Of a stretch of 64,000 nucleotides of DNA, positions 42,396 to 56,257 are shown in pieces (the stretch's first letter is position 1; each line of letters begins with the position of its first letter). Position numbers and translations under genes: made by a program. The stretch is from assembly GCF_009914755.1 (NCBI RefSeq), contig NC_060940.1, one strand, 5' to 3'. The DNA is from the human T2T-CHM13v2.0 reference genome, Homo sapiens. The notes beneath the pieces are model-generated. The model worked only from the letters and a program-made list of their open reading frames with translations, searched no databases and had not been told where the DNA came from.

Positions 42396-43504
42396 TATAT
42401 CACTACATTGGAAAAAATAAACAAAATGTGGTATGAGTGTTACCAACATCATCAAAAGGTTAAAGAGATGGGATGAACTTTAAAACTTGATTTTATTGGA
42501 TAAAGGACAAAAAAGTTCTATCATTGTGAGAACAGATCTATGTCCACCTTATAAAATAACCCCAGTCATCTTAATTTAAACACTATTGATTGGTAACCCA
42601 AATGAAAATCAAAATCAATAAGAGAATTTTTTTTTTTCAGAGTGGGATATTATAGACTCCATCCTGAAACTAGTTTTAGGGAATAAACTTTCCAGTCATA
42701 TAACCTAATTTATGCCACTTTTTATGAATGAGTGACTTGGGCTGGGAGAAGAGATAGAAAGTTTTGACAATTTTGAAAATGTAGGAAGTGATAAGATGGT
42801 TTTCAACGTGGAAAGCAGAAGCGTTCATCTTTATGGAAATTTCCCACAGCTACACCTATTCCATTTCATATAAGATTATTATGGGGTTAAGAAAAATAAG
42901 TTGGCTTACATCAGGACAGATTAACTCATTCTTTGAAGAAGGAAGAAGTTGGCTCTAAACTCTATCTCTTATGTGATTGCTGTTATCAGGTGCAACATGG
43001 TCTAGTCAAGCAAGACAGGGAGCTTGCTTTCTTTTTCTGACTCAGTTTCCGCCTCTATAAATGGGAAAAATAAGAGCCCCTGCCTCGTGTGCATATGTGT
43101 GACCCAAAGAGAAAAGGCACATAAAGAGTTTAACCCAACAACTGACCAATTATTAATATAATTATTGGAAATTACAGTGGGAGGATGGACTTATATGACA
43201 TGTTTATGAATTGGAAACTAATTAAGGAGGAATCTAAATACAGTGAACATCATTTTCTAAGCCAAATATTAGGATATACTATGTGACAATTGAAAGTGCA
43301 AATTTGGGGGTGATGACAGAACATTTTAATTCACCTCTGTGTTGGTAAGTGCCAGACATGGTCACAGGACATGCGTACGAGTTTGAAGCTTTTTCTTTGA
43401 AAAGTTCCTTTCTGAAATCACACGTATCTAGCACTGTTGGGGGAGGCAATGAGACAGACGGTGCAGGGATGGACTTGGTGACATGGAAACATCCTCTACT
43501 CCAA

Positions 43505-43816
43505 ACAGATACACAAACACACATCCCTCCATGCACACCCCTACACACACCCCTACACACACTCACATTCCTATACATATACCCATACACACTACTGTAT
43601 CTACACACGCACATACACACACACACATACTCCTATACACATTCGCCTGTACACACATACACACACGTACCCACAGACACCTCCATGTATCTACATCCCC
43701 CGAACCTGTACACACACATTCACACACACACATACAATCAGTTAATTGAAAGATCATTTGAATGTTTAACCTGTATTCTAGGTCTATACAAGCATCCAAA
43801 TTTATACACACACACA
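43505..43816 (+). repeat. CA-rich degenerate microsatellite
   Basis: Interrupted (CA)n/(CATA)n. Confidence 0.85.
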
Positions 43817-44194
43817 GCCAACCCCTGACACACTTGACTTGATCTTAAAAATATACTAAAAAAAAACCTTTGTAGAAACCCCTAAAAGTTAATCGTAAAG
43901 CAATTGCAATATCCTATCCTGTATATTGCTATATAGATGCAACAAATAGTTCCCTCTGGAATTGATGTAACCCAATTCACTGTGAAAGATTAAGATTCAT
44001 TAGGTCTACCTTGGATCTGAAGTCTTTAAAGGCCTGTGTCATAAGAATGCTTTATATATAAGCCACCATATAGCATAAATCCCAGACATCACATGAAAAT
44101 AAGTCCAATACTGGATATTTGTCTACAATTGATCTTTTTTCTCCTCTGTCTCCTCTGTAGCAAACTCACTGCTTTCGTCTGCAAACTATCTCCT

Positions 44195-44209
44195 TGTGTG
44201 TGTGTGTGC

Positions 44210-44243
<34 letters not shown>

Positions 44244-44245
44244 CA

Positions 44246-44287
<42 letters not shown>
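44195..44287 (+). repeat. Compound (TG)n(GA)n microsatellite
   Basis: Seen directly. Confidence 0.95.
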
Positions 44288-44437
44288 ATAGCATCGATGG
44301 TATAGGAAGGCTGTTTCCTAAATATATTTCTAATACATGGGCTCAGCAAAGAAACAGGTTCACACACACAAAAAACTGAGATCTGTTGTTTTAATAAACA
44401 TATCATGGTTTGATATAGTGGTTGTTTTCTTTTTTAG

Positions 44438-44535
44438 ATTTGATTTATCTGTCACTTTCTTTCCAAATTTGATTTATTGGTCAATTTCTTTTCAAGATTT
44501 GATTTATTGGTCAATTTCTCTTCAAGATTTGATTA
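44438..44535 (+). repeat. About 30-bp minisatellite, 3.3 copies
   Basis: Units start 44438, 44467, 44497, 44527 ('atttgatttattggtcaatttcttttcaag'). Confidence 0.92.
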
Positions 44536-47500
44536 AAACACATTACATAAGTCTTTTCAGATCTATTTCTAAATATCATATATATTTCTAAGTACGGATG
44601 TTTAAAGTCTTTATTCATAAATGTTCTTGATTGATGTCTGTTTTTTCATTAGTTTTTTTAAAGCTTTAGGTAGTCATTTATTCTGTAATTGGAATCAGCA
44701 TAAACAAACCATAAAATCCAATTGTGTAATGAATTACTCATACCTCAGATTCAGAGAGAAAAGAAGCTTAAGATATAACAAGGAAAAAACAGCTTTATAT
44801 GTGGGAGAAACACATTGGTTGGTTGGTCTTCAATCTCTGGATTTAAAGATACACTATGAAACAATTCTACAAGAAAGTGTTCTAGCATGATACCGTTGAT
44901 GACCATTAGTTACTCCATGGCTGCATAGATGGCATTGATGATGAAGAGTCTTGTGTTTTTCTGAAAACCCTTGTTTTATTTTGTGGATGGATCCATGGAG
45001 CTCTGTTCCTTCTGCCTTCTTCAGAGCTTCCCTGCAGACTTCCCCAGGGAGGCAATGCCCATTGAATACCTGCCCAGCAGATACCTACCCACCATACTCA
45101 TGGACTCATGGCAAGACACTACGTAGAAAAAGACCCTGAGTCCCAGAGAGAGTGGCAGACACACCAGAAGGTAACCTGAAGCATGGCAGAGAGGGTAAGT
45201 CTTCTCTTCTTGCCTCTGCTCCTTAAGCCTCTACACACACTTACACAAAAAATAAAAGAAGGATATTCACTAGCTAGTTATTCTGTGCACCTCTGGGATG
45301 ATGACATCTTCTACATTAGCATGTATTATTATTTTTTTAAGACATCGTTACTCTCCCCCTTACTCCAGACAAACACTTTTCTAGCCTGGTTTCTTCATCT
45401 GTAAAACAAGGATATCATTACCTCCTTTGAAGGATAGTTGCAAGGATTAAATGAGCTAATGTATGCAAAGTGCATACATATAGTTAATGGGATCTGTTTC
45501 AAAGGATGATGGTGACGAGCAACAGGAACAACTGCAAGAGTGTCCAGTGGCATTTCCTGAGCAGTCATGGCGTGCCCAACATTAGTGCAGAGTGCTGAGT
45601 GATACATCAGCTCATTGAGCAGAACAGCCCCATGAGGTCGACGCTATGAAGAATGCCTTGTTTCCAGCTGGGGAAATGATACAAGGTCAGAACACCTAAC
45701 ATCAGCTCCACTCCAGGCTGGGATAGAACACCCTGCAGCACAGCCACTATCCTTTAAGAAAGCCACAAGATACTGTCTGTGAAGGCAAGCTAGAGCTGTA
45801 CGTTCCTCAACAACTGCAGGTCATTAATGTCAAATTCAAGGTGAAGAACTTGTGTGGTTTCAGCAAGAGACTGAACTGAATCGATTCTCTGCCTGGCCCT
45901 TGGCATGGCCAGTGAAGCCCAGCTTCAATTACACTGGCCATGTCCTCAGTGTGGAAACCTCCCTTTCGGATAGACACTCACTTGAAAATGATCCCCGTTG
46001 GTTCCATTTTGTCTGTCCGAAGCCTGACACCAATGTGGGTCATCTTGCAGCATCTAAAAAAGCGCCCTGGAAGGGAAGCTGAGTCTCCTCCTCCTAGCAG
46101 TCCTGATTTCTACTAACCCAGAGAGTTAAAGACCATCACCCTACAGATTGAATCTAGGGATGGAATGCCATTTCCATAATGGCACCTTATGAAGTGATCA
46201 TTCCGTAAATAAAGGAAGTCAAAAAGGATGCCTAAAAATGACTGGAAAGCAGACCTCCTAAATTGTTCCATTTCAGGAGTTTAAGCACCAATTAACTGAG
46301 ATACTACACAAAGACAATCTATCTAGCCTTGGTGGCAGTATAAACTGAGGCAGGAGAAGCTTCTTTCTGTCACTAATGTTTTACTTCCATCTCTGTATTC
46401 CAGCCACTCTAGCTTTTCCTCAAGCTCATACTGCTCTCTCCAAATCCTGAAAACTCTGAGCCCTTTTGTTCCCCCAGGGCATCTGCAGAGCCCAGTACTC
46501 TCCCTAGTGTTTAATAACCCCCCTGGCTTGATGAATGGGTGACCATTTACCAAAATGAACTTTAATATTAGAATGAAAGAAATGGTGTGTAAGGAGAAAA
46601 GGGAGGAAAAGAGAGTAGATAATGAAGATCTTCAGGGGGGATTAGGAAAGAGGACACCCCTGCATAAAGCTTAGGGGGAAAGGAGAGAGAGAGAGACAGA
46701 CAGACACACCCCTAAAGACAGAAACTCTCAACTCTTGGTCCACCATGAGTTGCAAAATGGGTCAAGTCAGCTGAGTCTCCATCACTCCCAGGTCTTTGAC
46801 TCTTCCAGTCAGTAAAACCTGCGAAACCTCACATTGAAACAGCTCACCATGTGACCCATTGGGACAGATGCTCTTCAGACTACAACAGAAGCTAGCTGAG
46901 CATTGTCATGCAAAAAGGAGAGAAAATGAAGTCAAGGGCCACCTGGCAGACAGGATCATCCTCATGCTTGTAAGGAGGTAGAGCCTCATGATATCTCACT
47001 CACTGCCTTTGTCCATCTCACCGCCTGTTATTGCTGGGTAGAATTTGCCTAGTTTGGGTATGGTAGGATTTTGCACCATCTAATCTGTGGCTAGAGGAAG
47101 AGTCTCCTGAAATTTCAGGCACACATAAAAGATTTGTTCTGTATGTAGGTTCCCAACCAGGTTATTGTAAAGGGAAGAGGAACCCAGAGGACCCCCAGGG
47201 AGATTGGCACAGATGGCTCACGAAATACCTCTCCAGACTGAGCTCTCCCCCAGAACCACAGCATATGGGGCCACTGCAGACTCTTTCCACCATAGCCAGG
47301 ACCGTGGTTCCTTTGGAGGCCCCCGTGGCCTCACAGACAGCAGAGATCCCCCGCATGGGGAGCAGCAAACACCTACTATGCACAGGTTCTTTCTGGAAGC
47401 TACACACTGGGAACCACAAAATGTTGACAAGGACCTCACCCTAGTCTCCTTCCTTGAGGAACTATTGTACCTAAGACTACACCTCTGCCATTCAAAGAGG

Positions 47501-47954
47501 GGTCACCCAAGGAAGGGACAACCTTAAAGGTGCTGGATCTCCCACCAGATTCCCTAAGGAGTCAGACTCCCCACTGGAGTCAGACTGTACCTAGCATCAA
47601 TGCTCCTCTCCATCAGAAAGCCAAGCAGGAAGAGGCACCCAAGGCATCATTTCTGGTTTTGAAACAGGTTCCCTTGTAGCCATTCTCTGATATGGAGTCT
47701 TTCACTTTCCTTCTTGAATTGTTTTCATGGCAGAAGCGCATGCCCTGTGGGTAATTTATGGAAGCAATACAGGCATAACCAAGCTTGAGTCCCACTCTCT
47801 CCTTTTTGATGAGATTCCCAAACTGGCCCTAACAATTACAAGTGAGAAAGACGTGGCCCTTTCTGTCTCCAGGACCTTTTGAAACAGAAATTAAATCCCT
47901 CATTTCCCTTCCTGAAGCTGTGCCTCCCTGGATTGTATAACTGTCTTTTAGGGA

Positions 47955-48258
47955 CCACTTGGGTCAAATCCCCACTGTTTGTTCTTGTGCAGCCCAGGAG
48001 CTCAAAATTATTTTACATTTCAATTTTTTTGAAGTCAAAAGAATAGTATTTAATGACACATGAAAATTAGATAAAGTTCAAATTTTAGCGTCCATAAATA
48101 AATGCTATGCCCATTCATTTATCTATCATCCACGGATGCTTCACACCATAATGGCAGAGTAGCTGAGTAGCTTGAGTAGCTGCAACAGAGACAGTATAGC
48201 CTGAAAACAGAAATATCTGCTCTCTGGCCCTCTATGGAAATTTCCTGCCAATCCCTGG
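47955..48258. mobile_element. MER58B-like hAT-Charlie MITE
   Basis: 'gacacatgaaaattagataaagttcaaattttagcgtccataaataaa...gcccattcattta...gagtagctgcaacagagac'. Confidence 0.8.
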
Positions 48259-48339
48259 CATTAGAGGACTGGGCCTGGCCTTACCTAATTCTGCCTCCTG
48301 CTTCGACACAGCTGTGATTTTTTTTTAATATATAGACAT

Positions 48340-49195
48340 TCTAAGGAAGATACTCCTTCAAAATGTTTGGAGGATAAAACACAAACTCCTTAGCTTGGTA
48401 TAAAGACCTGAAACCTAACCGCCCCAAGACCCCCCTGCCCTCTTCCAAGCAGTCATTCTGTGGCACCCTTCTCTCAGGACAACGGGAAATGCTGGCTCTT
48501 CCTGGGAAGATGATCCTGCTGCCTTGTTCTTCTGAACCTTGGCATCTGCTGTTCTCTCTTCTTTTTTTTTTCAGTCAGTGTCTTGCTGTGTCACCCAGAT
48601 TGGAGTGCAGTTCAGCAACCATGGCTCACCGAAGCCTCGAACTCCTGGGCTCAAGCAATCGTCCAGCCTTCCCAGTAGCTGGACTACTGGTGTGCACCAC
48701 CACATCCAGCTTAATTGTTTATTTGTTCTGTAGAGATGAGATCTTGCTATATTGCCCCAGCTGGTCTTGAACTCCTGGTCTCAAGCAATCCTCCCATGTC
48801 GGCCTTCCAAAGTGACACAATTACAGGTATAAGCCACCTGTTCTCCCTTCTTAAACCTATTTTCCATCTCTGGCTACTAAGAGAATTCTTTATCTTTTCG
48901 TAAGTCTCATTTTAAGTCTCACTTCTTTTGTAACACTTTTCTCAATTCCTCAAAAATTAGCTCCCCTCCCCCTTGGGCCCCTCGGTGTTCAGGACAGGAT
49001 CTTGGCTCTCATGATTTGTCTTCACTAACCATAGCCGGCCTTGCTGGGCAGCTGGTTCTGGGTTCTTCCCACTGGATTTGCTACCACCAGACTAATTTCT
49101 GGGAGGGGCATTTTTTTCTCCTTGTGGTTATGTTCACAGTACTTACCTTCAAGGCTGGTGCAAAGCTAAGGCTTGGTAAATGTTGACACATGAGA
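48340..49195 (+). mobile_element. L2 relic interrupted by AluJ
   Basis: 'aggataaaacacaaactccttagcttggta' ... 'ggtaaatgttgacacatga'. Confidence 0.5.
48562..48837 (-). mobile_element. AluJ SINE
   Basis: J-type 'agcctcgaactcctgggctcaagcaatc'; TSD ctgttctc(t/c)cttctt. Confidence 0.88.
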
Positions 49196-49329
49196 GACCA
49201 GAGCTATGATTCTAATGCCATTGCAATCCCAATCTACCAGACACCATTTTGCCACATCAGTTCAACTTGGCGGCAATAGCAGGAAGCTGTGACCAGGGCC
49301 TCACACTTCCCTGAGGTAAAATTGAAAAA

Positions 49330-49510
49330 ACATGGAACTTTGGGATATAGGCAAATTGGGGTCTAAATTTCCAGGTTGTGTGATCTTTGAACCTTAATTT
49401 CCTCACCTGCAAAATGGGTTATTAATATCCCCAACTTGGCAGAGTTGAGAGGATTAAGTGAAGAAGAGAATGTGCCCGGCACACAGCAGGTGCACAAAAA
49501 ATGCCAGCTG
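49330..49510 (+). mobile_element. MIR SINE
   Basis: 'accttaatttcctcacctgcaaaatggg...gaggattaagtga'. Confidence 0.75.
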
Positions 49511-50106
49511 TCATGCTGATGCTCTGCCTCGGCAACAGCTCTGGGTCTCTTTTGAGAATGGCAGCCGTTCCTCAAGGCACAGCAACTCCAGGGAAGGCCT
49601 TGGCCATTGCCACCTCTCCATCATGGCAGAGAAATCTGCATTCACAGCAGTTGGCTGAGTGGCTTCCAATGGAGCCTGGTCTCTCTGGACCCCTGGCCCA
49701 GAGACAGAGACCCATAGAGGAGGGGCTGGTGTGAGGCAGCCCTGGAGGCTCCTGGAACCTTATGCCTCTCCTGTTACAGATGCCTGCTTTTGGGGGAGGC
49801 TTAGGCAGACAGCGTGGAGTCAGTTTGTGCTCAGAAAGCACCTTTGTCAAAGAGATGCCTCAGCATATTGCCTCCACAACACAGTCTGTCATCTCACCCG
49901 GAGCCTGTGCACTGGTCTGGCTGAAGTCAGCCTGGTCAGAAAGCTGCCAGGTACAAGCTCGCTCCCAAAAATGCCAGAGCCTCAAAGAAAGCCCAGGGGA
50001 AGGCTGGAAGTTCTCAGTGTTCTTTCCTCTGTCTTCTTGAAAGGGCGTCTAGCATGGCAGAAAAACATCACGGTTCTACAGTTCTCTTCCAGGGAGTAGA
50101 TAGTCA

Positions 50107-50690
<584 letters not shown>

Positions 50691-51259
50691 TAATCTCCCA
50701 GATCCTCATTTATTAGAAAGGTAGAAAAACGTGGGCTACATCAGAGATGCTGAGACAGAGGAAAAGACTCAAGAGAATTTGAAAGCCATAGGAAAAGCTG
50801 CAAACGGACAGTACTTGATCAGAATTCTAGGAATCTAAATGGGATTTTAGAAAAGAGCATGTAACAAGACAGAAGACAGGAAGACAACACAGGTGGATGA
50901 GGACATTTGCAAACAAGTGAGGGCCCCTTTGTCTCTACTGATGCGGCCCAGTGACCCCATTACTCAGTCTCCCAGGATGCTCATGAGAAAAGACAATCCC
51001 TGACTCCAACCCCAGTTCTAAAGGCCCAGAATTCTCAAGATGAGCCCAGAAAAATGACCTTCGGGGAAGCTCCCACAAATAAGATTTTTGTACCCTTAAG
51101 TTTGAAAATTGTATGGGCATCACGTGTGACCCCTCAGTTTCTCATGGCCTCTCTGTCTACCTCTCTCTGGGGTGGAAACTGATTCTGCGTGATTTTTCCT
51201 GTTTCTACCATCAGAGCCCTGGCACCTCTCACTACTTTCTGATACACACAAAGTGCTCC

Positions 51260-51643
51260 ACTGCAGGGCAGGCTGGAATCTGGCTTCCTCTGAGCCTACA
51301 GCCCAGAAATGTGAGTGAGTTCAGTCTGGTGAAGAACTGGTGGGAAGAGCTTTTGATTAAGAGGAGATGGGATGGAAGGGAGCTGGCAGATACACTTCCT
51401 CCCTGCTCCTCCCTCTGGCAGGCTGACCTAAGGCTCTGTCTGGAAATGAACAACTGGCAGTGTCTACTGTGAGCTGTGAAGCAGTGGCCAGCTTGGTACT
51501 GCATCACTTTGTATTTGCATCCATCCTCCTCTCTCATCTCTCTGTGCCCTAACTCATGCTGCCCTGGGATTGCAATTCCCAGTAAATAACTACTGCTTCA
51601 TGCAGGCCATAGGCTCTGGTTTTTCAGGAACATGAGCTAATAC
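51260..51643 (+). mobile_element. LTR16-like solo LTR (ERVL)
   Basis: 'gatgggatggaagggagctggcagataca...ctgggattgcaattcccagtaaataactact...ggctctggtttttcaggaacatgagctaataca'. Confidence 0.7.
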
Positions 51644-51729
51644 AAGAACCAATACTCTAGACTTTACAGTTTGAAGTGTCAGGAATGCATTCAATGTCTT
51701 TTGATACCTGATCCCTTCTCACCTCTGAG

Positions 51730-52527
51730 CCATGGTGTACTGGTAAATGTTTAATAGGCAAGTCTTTGACAGGAAAAAAGCACCGATTTTTAGTATTTGC
51801 CAATTTCTGTAGCGTAAATGCCTTCACCACAGCTGACTTTAAGCTACCAATGTAAAATTATTAACTACACAGTGGAAAGATACCTGCAATACCACACTAA
51901 TACAGGTCGGGTATCCCTAATCCAAAAATTTGAAGTCCAAAATGCTCCAAAACTGAAGTGTTTGCACACCAACATGATGCTGAAAGGAAATGCTCATTGG
52001 AGCATTTCAGATTTCTGATTTTCAGATTAGGGATACTCAGTCAATAAATATAATGCAAATATTCCAAACTCTGAAAAACTCTAAATCCAAGACACTTCTG
52101 ATCTCAAGAATTTGGGATAAGGGATATGAACCCATTAATAGTATTTCTACCAAACAGATAACACAGATATAGATAACTTTGAGGGTCTCAAGAATTTGGG
52201 ATAGGGATATAAACCTGTTAATGGTATTTCTACGAAACAGATAACATAGATGTAGATAACTGCAAGGGCATAAACAATAAAATACAGTAAAATCACTAGG
52301 AAGTGATGATTTCGTTTAGTTTAGTGATGTTTAGTTTGTTTTGTTAGTTTAGTTTAGTTTAGTTTGTTTAGTTTAGTTTAGTGATGATTTGTTTATAATA
52401 TATTTAGTTGTAATTTTATATAATTTAATTTTAAATAATGGCTGTTTAATAATCAGCTTGCAAAATTCCTGAAAATTTGACAATCTGATTGTATAAGACA
52501 TTACAAGCAGATGTCAGCATACCACTG
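51730..52527. mobile_element. MER63B-like element with nested Tigger4a, tandem duplication and (GTTTA)n
   Basis: Same termini as the 22932 copy: 'ggtgtactggtaaatgttta' ... 'cagcataccactg'. Confidence 0.8.
51903..52137 (-). mobile_element. Tigger4a/MER46A-like MITE nested in MER63
   Basis: 'ta|caggtcgggtatccctaatcc...aaaggaaatgctcattggagcatttcagattt...gggataagggata'. Confidence 0.85.
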
Positions 52528-53019
52528 TCTCTAAGGTTATTATATCATCCAGTCAATAATATCAAATACCACTTACTTCCTCATGCTTTTAATCATGCTA
52601 CTCCATCTTTTTTGAAATGTCTTCATTTCCCTTTGAATACCCAGTAGATTCCTACCCAGCTTTTACCACTTAGCTCAAGCTCCCTCCTCAAGGCATACCC
52701 TGAAAGTCCACAGGTTTGCCATGATCTGGTTTAGCATGTTGACTGTAGAAAGAGAGTTGTATTGGGTTTCTGCTTTCCACGGTCCCTGGCCATTGTTGCC
52801 TGAACCCACAATAATAACCCTGCAGAAGGAGACTGTAAGCTGAGACATTATAGGACCTCTGTGTTAAAAGGATTGGACCCAAGAATTTGTTGGTGGTATT
52901 TTCTGATGAAATTGAATATATAACACAAATTATGGGGACAAGGGTTGAGCAAGGAGAGTAGATCCTTGGGCAGCCTTTAAAAAATGTCTCTCTCTTATTC
53001 TTCATCTTAAATCAAACAC

Positions 53020-53260
53020 AATTAGACTTACATTTCAGCTACGTGGGTAAATTAGATAATCTCTTGGGTAAGTTAGATAATCTCTCTATGCCATGGGTAA
53101 GTTAGGTAATCTATCTATGCCTCAATTTACACATCTGAACAATGAGGATAATTAGTAATAACCACACCATAGAGTCATTGTAAGGACACAACATATATGA
53201 AAAGCTTATAATAGTGCTTGGTATGAGAAATGTGATCAATAAGTACCAGCTTTGCTGATT
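53020..53260 (+). mobile_element. MIR SINE with internal triplication
   Basis: 'tgggtaagttagataatctct' three times, then 'cctcaatttacacatctgaacaatgaggataat'. Confidence 0.75.
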
Positions 53261-53329
53261 ATTTCTGTTACGAGTTTCTACCATCCTTGTATACATACAA
53301 CATACAACAAGCTTTAAAAAAAAAAAAAA

Positions 53330-53446
53330 ATCAAGAGACAGGGGCTTGCTATGTTGCCCAGGCTACACTTAAACTCCCAGGCTCAAGTGATCCTCCCAGG
53401 TAGCTGCAACTACAGGCTCGCACCACAGCACCACAGCACCCAGCTC
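53330..53446 (-). mobile_element. FLAM-like Alu monomer
   Basis: 'gagacaggggcttgctatgttgcccaggct...ggctcaagtgatcctccc'; ACAAGCT on both flanks. Confidence 0.75.
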
Positions 53447-53849
53447 ACGTACAAGCTCTTCTCAGCCAACACTCCTTTCAACAGACTTCAGCAAGTGTAG
53501 TTTTTTTTTTTGTTTTAATTCAATTCCATTGCTAGTGCCAGCTACATCTACACTTGGGCTGCTGGGGGAGAGCTAAGAAAGACTTTCTTGCCAAGGTAAT
53601 TTCCCGAAGTTTCTGTTTTTGGAGGAGAAAATTAGACAATGGTCAAGATCAGCAGTTTGAGGGTGGAAGAGGAGAAAATAAGCTTCTCTTTGCCAATGAT
53701 CCTGTCACAGAATTTTCCAGACTCTCAGGTGTAGAGGGGAAGCAAAAACAGCTCTGGCCATGAGCAAGAAGAAATAGATCCCCCAATAGAGTCAGCCCAA
53801 ATGCAGAGCACAAAGAAACTAAGATTGTTTTGGTTGTGGGCATTTGTTC

Positions 53850-54320
53850 TAGTCTACAATTTGTACTTCAGCCCTGCCGTTTACTACTTACGTGGCCTTG
53901 GGCATGTTACAGCCCTAAAGACTCAGCTTCCTCCTCTGCTCAATAGAGATACTAATAGCAGCCAACCCTCAGAGTGTTGCAAAGATTAAGTGGGATGACC
54001 TGTGTCATACCTAAACATGATTAACCTCCAGTAATGCTAGTTATGATTCCAAAGACAAAGTTCATGTGCAATTTTTCATTTATTCAACTCATATGTGTTA
54101 AGTGCCTACTGTATGCTGAGTGCTCTCTGATGGGCAAAGATATAAGATGAGAAACACAGATGCATCCCAATAAGTTGAGCATTATGAAGGAGACATGTGG
54201 GTGCTAAAGGTCCTTAAATCCATGGCTCAAAACTTCACTGGGCACTAAGAGAAGGACTCCTGAGGGAAGTGACATTTAAGCCAAGGCCTGATGGGTGCTT
54301 CAGGGAAGGGCAGTGAATGT
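53850..54320. mobile_element. MIR (+, about 53850-54045) followed by L2 3' end (-, about 54070-54320)
   Basis: 'gactcagcttcctcctctgctcaatagag'; 'tcatttattcaactcatatgtgttaagtgcctactgtatg'. Confidence 0.6.
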
Positions 54321-56257
54321 CTGAGGCAGCCACCAAGAAAATGGTTCAGGGGAAGCACACCAGCTTCTCTCATGCACCTTCACATTTCAGAATGTGACAC
54401 CTGTCCTGGAAACTGATCACTGAATTGAGCAAACCAACAGGAGACCATCACAGCTGAAGTATCTCACAATTGGAGAGAGTGGGTCTTGGGTTTTTCCTGC
54501 CTGTGGGGGGCCATTTTATTAGCACGAGGATTGTTGGAAACAGCCGGAAAGAGTGTGAAAGAGAAATGTGTGCATTTATACTTGAGCTATGCCATGTTGA
54601 AAAAGTGAATTGGAAACTATGAACTATAAAGAGAAAGAAGAAAGAAGGAAGGGAGGGAGGCAAAGAGGGAGAGAGGGAAGGAAGAGAGGCTGGTCCATCA
54701 ACCCACTGTCAAAGAAATATCATGGCTTAAAGTCGCATATCCTTTGCTTTGGCTAATTACATTAATCAGATTTGTCATTTCAAATGATCATAGTTCAGTC
54801 CTCTACTTCCTGGAGCTAAAATTAAAAAGCAATATTGGCACTGATTTATATTATTGTTTATTTTCTCACTTAAGAGAGAAGGGAAGATTGGCATCAGACT
54901 TTTCGGGAATCAGCTCCATAACACAAAGAGAGGGGAGTATGAGGATAGCTGTGCCCCTGGAAGCAACACAGAATGGGCATTTTCATTCATAGTTGGAACT
55001 CAGTCCCAGGCCCTGAGGATACACCGTTGAGTGATGCAGATACTCCATGCCTTTCTAAGCCTTACTACCCAGCTAGGGTTAAATTCAAGAGTCCAGTGGC
55101 TTTCTTTGGGAAGACAAAGCAAAACAATTTTCCCTGTGGATCTAGGATCTTTAGCCTAGTTCTCATTTGATTATAATAGGGGCTCCTGATTCTTTGGAAG
55201 GTATTTGACTTTGAGAGATGATCACAGGCTAACCCTCAGGCTTCCTTTCTCTCAAGTCAAACAAATTATTCACAGAATTTGTTTATTCTTGCCTGGGCAC
55301 ATGCATTTCTTTTCTGAACCAACAGAAACACTACAAAACCCCTTACCTAGGATGTGTCTTTTCAATCTCGCCTGGTGGCTGTGTGTTTGTTTGTGAGCTG
55401 TTGACATTGATCTAATTGCCGTTTCTGAAACTACAGTACAGCTTGTTGTACACCAGTGTTGAGCCTGAGGACACTGGCCGTGGTTTGGGCGGGCTTAGCT
55501 AGTAACCGGCTTGCACCATCAAGAAGATGGCTGTGGAGGCCCTTGGGTTCCAGCAAATGATGGTTTGTGCACACACTTAACATTCTTCATTAGAATGAAC
55601 CACTGTTAGAAGCAGACAGCAGTTTGGTTTACCACTTGAATCAGCCCGATCACCCACATTGCAAGAACGAAAAGGCCCCAGTTATTCATGGTCCTCAACA
55701 ATGTGTATCTCTATGTAAATTCTAAAGGCATGACAACTGGTGAAAAATAAACTGGGTCTTCCAGAGGGGAAGTCTTCGAGTGGCAGGTTTCAAAAGCTAC
55801 AGGTTCCTCCCCAAGAGGCGCACATCCCTACCTGTTTCTCTGCCTTCCGTTCTACTAGCAAAGCCAGGAAACAAATATTAGGTGATTGAAAAGCTTGAGG
55901 CTTCCACTGTTTTATTGACTTGTCACTGCAGACAAACTGACTATAATTTACTTCAAGAGTAAATTACTAGATGTTCATAAAAAAAAAACTGCTGTACATT
56001 ACTATCTGTAATTAAGATGTTAAGCATGATTCCATTTTTAAATTGGAGAAGCCAACGGAAATGAAAAATGCTGATGATGCTATATTTCACTCTAATTTTT
56101 CTTTCCCTCCTCTTGATTCTATCAATTTATTGTTTAGCTATCTGGTTGGCAGATGGGATAAAACAAAGCATGGATGCTTGAAAGTTCTCCTACCATAACA
56201 CTGCTGCTTTGGTTTTATTTGTGTTGTGTTGTGTTTCTCTCCTATATCTATGTCACC

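Noticed and set aside
43349-43828. 159-aa His/Thr-rich ORF
   Set aside because: Translation of a CA-rich microsatellite; non-ATG start
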